A stretch of DNA of 64,000 nucleotides from Callorhinchus milii. Taxonomy: Eukaryota. Numbering within the stretch: position 1 is the first letter of the stretch; each line of letters starts with the position of its first letter. Below, one piece after another: positions 60,616 through 64,000 of the stretch. Where the stretch lies: positions 93,064,001 to 93,128,000 of the forward strand of contig NW_024704742.1 of the NCBI RefSeq assembly GCF_018977255.1, written 5' to 3'. A program made the position numbers and the translations under genes. Below the pieces are notes generated by a model that did not search any database, was not told the DNA's origin, and was given only the letters and a program-made list of their open reading frames with translations.

Positions 60616-63600
60616 TAAGCCAAGGTCTTGTTACACGAGGCATAAAGTTACATAATACCACCGTTCCAAGTTGTTCATAGGTTTTTCTGATTTATTTGGG
60701 GGTGGGGGGGCCCGGGGGCAAGCGAGGGAAAGTGTGTGATGAACAAAAGAGGGGAAAAAAACTATAAGCAATAAAAATAACCTAAATTCTAATTCCAGGC
60801 AGCCTAAAAATAAAAGTCTACCTGCTTCGAGAGGCTTTTTCTTGTCTTCACATCAAAATTCATGTGAAAATAGTAAGTCCAGCACAACAAGGTCATTAAA
60901 ACACTCTAGACATACTAGAGAAAAGCATCCCAAGCACTACAATGAACCAAATCTTTCAACACCAAAGATGGGTTATTAAAGAAAATCACACTGGAGTCCC
61001 TTTTCATCCAACCATTTAGAATATTAAAAGGAAACATGACCCTGTCTGACTGAAGTACACAAAGTAGTTCCACAAATTCTTTCAGGATCCATTAATTAAT
61101 GAGCGGTGGAAAGAAACAGCGGAACTCTCACAGAACCTAAAACAAGTTTGTTTAAAGAAATGTTAAAAAGAAAAGGGAAGGCTAAAAAATAAAACTTGTT
61201 ACAATTGAATTTTTTTATAAAAATCTTATAACCTTTTCAAACACTTAATTAATTCTGAACCGTTATAGTAAACAATTCAACTGTGAGCCCCTATCAGTTT
61301 TATGTCTGTACCATACAGAACCATCAGGTCAGGGAAAAGGGGTATGGGAATATTCAGCTGCCAAGTTCAGACTGGCACAGATCCAAAACGACAACAAAAA
61401 AAAGAAGGTTCTATTTTCACACAACCCTTTCCCAATTTGTTTTGAAGAAAATTATACACGATTGTTTGCAGCACTTGTGATGCAGTGAAAGCAACGTTAG
61501 TTCAAAATGATTCACGATTCATAAAGCAACACACGATAATAAAATAAACCTGCAAAACCTAAAATATTTTGATTCCCAATTACCTTTTGACACTTGGTTG
61601 ACACTGGGTTCCAGCCTATTTGGTACAAGAACTGGTGAGTGAGATTAATACAGTTCGAGATAACTTAAACAATTTGGTAAAAATATCATTTTATATATAA
61701 AACTGTAATATCAAAATAGGATGCATTCTTCCATCTCAAACAAAATTCGTCAATATTAAACCCATGAGAACTGAACTTCACTTTCCCAGCCAATGACAAT
61801 TGCTACTTACAGGAATGAAACCAAATACACTCGGTTCGACTTGCATCAGCAATTTTTTAGGTTTTTTTTAAACAAGAAAGTCATTGGAACAATCAGAAGG
61901 AAATGCCAAATAAAACAGAGTGCGTTTTCAGAAATAGGTACAAGCACTCCCAAGACGCTGTCCGGCATGAAAGGCGCTATATAAATACAAGTTGTTCTTA
62001 TAGAATTCCTATACAATTTTTTTTATTAAAACAAGATTAAGTTACAATTGACTCGAAAATGTATCAGCTCAAAAAACTGTAATTTGACCTTAACAGTTAT
62101 CTTACAAAGCCGCTTCGATTAGATTTGGTTTTAACATCCCAGCTTCTTGTTCTGTGGAATTCACCTCGTTTACCCTTTAGGGCATAGTTTACAGGACCAA
62201 CAACGCAGAAACAACTGCACATTTCTTTCAAAGTCGTCAATCATAAAACAACATTTCTGGCTGATCGTCTAAAAAAAACCACAATTACAAAAAAAACATC
62301 ATTGTTGGCCTGTGCAGACAAGCTGGAGTCATTAACAGAAAAATGGCAGACTGGAGACATTAACCATCTTGAGGCAGTACTCCCAAGCTTATGAGGCGAA
62401 GCTGTCGCTGGAGACCGGGGCTGCTGTCAATGTCATCATATCAAGATAAAGCACATTATTAAAAGAGGTTCCACCATAGTATTGGAACAGATCCTAGGAC
62501 TCCTGTATCAATTTTGGAAAACTGTTCTTTCCCCTAATGAAGTCCATTCCCACATCACTTTGCGATTAAAAATCAGATGCCGAAAACAAAATTAGATCAT
62601 GCCAGATTTTTCAACAATTGTAAGTAACTGCTTAAGTTTGGAATGAGGAAAGGCCATTTGGCCCATCAAACATTCTCCCACTTCCAAGACCACAATAGCT
62701 GGTAGCAATTGCAGCGCTTTCTAATTGGGGGGGGGGGGGGGTTAAGACATCATAAAACTCAGCAGCAAAGCTCCAGTTATTTATGAATGTCATCTGGAGC
62801 CCAAGATTAGAATCAGAATCTTGAAATCCCTCCTTGGGTAACATTATATATCTACCATTCAGTTTTTAAAGGGGGAGTTGAATCAGTTTTGTTTCAGTTT
62901 TCCTGCCGGCAGCAACTGTCAGTGTAACATTGCCTCCTACAAGCTCCAGTCTAGATCCTCCACACTGACATCATTACTCCAAAGAAATATTTGCTCATCA
63001 ACACTAAGAAATTCTGTGCCCAGCATTTAGGCGTTGTACACTTACAATTGACCGACACAGCACAGACAAAAACGCTCAATCTGGTTAAGTACTTAATTTT
63101 TTCAAACTAAACATAAATATACTTTCAAACATAGGATGCTTAATCCAGTTGACGTTGCACATTACACCATTATACCAACGCATGGTTTTTCTTCCTTCAA
63201 ATGACCCTCCAAATCCCAATGTTTGTATTATGCTTTTACATCTTAAAAAAAACCAAGATTCTCAATGAACCCCACTGTTTCGAATGACAACAGTCAACCA
63301 GAAGCACAGAGAAGACGAGCAAAATAAAACGAGAGAGCCCGAGGTGTGGGTCGGGGGGGGGTCGACAAGGTCTTATTGTTGTTCGTGAGACATTGCTGTG
63401 CACAAATTAGCTGCCACACTTGCCAACAAAACACACAGCCACTACAGTTTACAGCAAATCTTATGAAGAGCTGTGAGCCGTCCTGCTGACGTGAAAGGTG
63501 CGAAATCAAATGCAAGGATTGTTATAATAATAATAAAGTTATGCTGCAAGATAAATTTGACAGGTGACAAATGCAGCCCCCACCCACTTTATCATATTTT

Positions 63601-63714
63601 GTGGCTGTCACCGAAAACATCCTGAGAAACATTTCAAAGCTACGGATTTTTCCACCGACTTGGAACATTTTATTTTGGCACCAATTCTCTCTGGCCTTGA
63701 GCTGGGATGGCTCT

Positions 63715-64000
63715 GAGGCTGAGCTCACCTTGAGCCTAAGCTCATCCTGAGCCCGAGCTCACCCTGAGCCGGGCTCACCCTGAGCCGGGCTCACCCTGAG
63801 CCGGGCTCACCCTGAGCCGGGCTCACCCTGAGCCGGGCTCACCCTGAGCCGGGCTCTCCCTGAGCCGGGCTCACCCTGAGCCGGGCTCTCCCTGAGCCGG
63901 GCTCACCCTGAGCCGGGCTCTCCCTGAGCCGGGCTCACCCTGACTGAGCTCACACTGACTGAGCTGGGCTCACCCCCGAGCTGAGCTGAGCTCACCCCCG
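63715..64000. repeat. 16-bp minisatellite CCCTGAGCCGGGCTCA with degenerate GAGCT-rich flanks, truncated by the window end
   Basis: Read directly. About 11 near-perfect copies at about 63760-63942. Confidence 0.95.

Noticed and set aside
63940..64000. Immunoglobulin switch-region-like GAGCT/GGGCT repeats
   Set aside because: Only a few pentamers, derivable from the adjacent 16-bp minisatellite, and no Ig gene segments nearby.

Overview
Vertebrate nuclear DNA. The repeat content (DeuSINE-type and tRNA-Ala-like SINEs, dense L2/CR1 LINE fragments, Penelope fragments) points to a cartilaginous fish, possibly a chimaera; this is inference. Two intact spliced protein-coding genes lie on the minus strand, in the same adjacency as in human. 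NXNL2 has 2 coding exons (6872-6577, 3056-2885; 155 aa; intact WCPPC site). SPIN1 has 5 coding exons (34318-34264, 29057-29009, 26573-26323, 25829-25596, 20750-20548; 263 aa); its non-coding first exon probably lies beyond base 64000. The rest is intronic, UTR or intergenic DNA rich in retroposons, with three GC-rich minisatellites. Less obvious signals: an in-frame stop in the NXNL2 splice donor that would give the short RdCVF2-type isoform; a candidate decayed multi-exon gene between SPIN1 and NXNL2; a fossil Helitron-like ORF with 23-aa STPR-like repeats; a pogo/Tigger transposase fossil; and Penelope-derived minimal hammerhead-ribozyme motifs. I found no evidence for a complete novel system. 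All repeat-family names come from recall, not database searches, and repeat boundaries are approximate.
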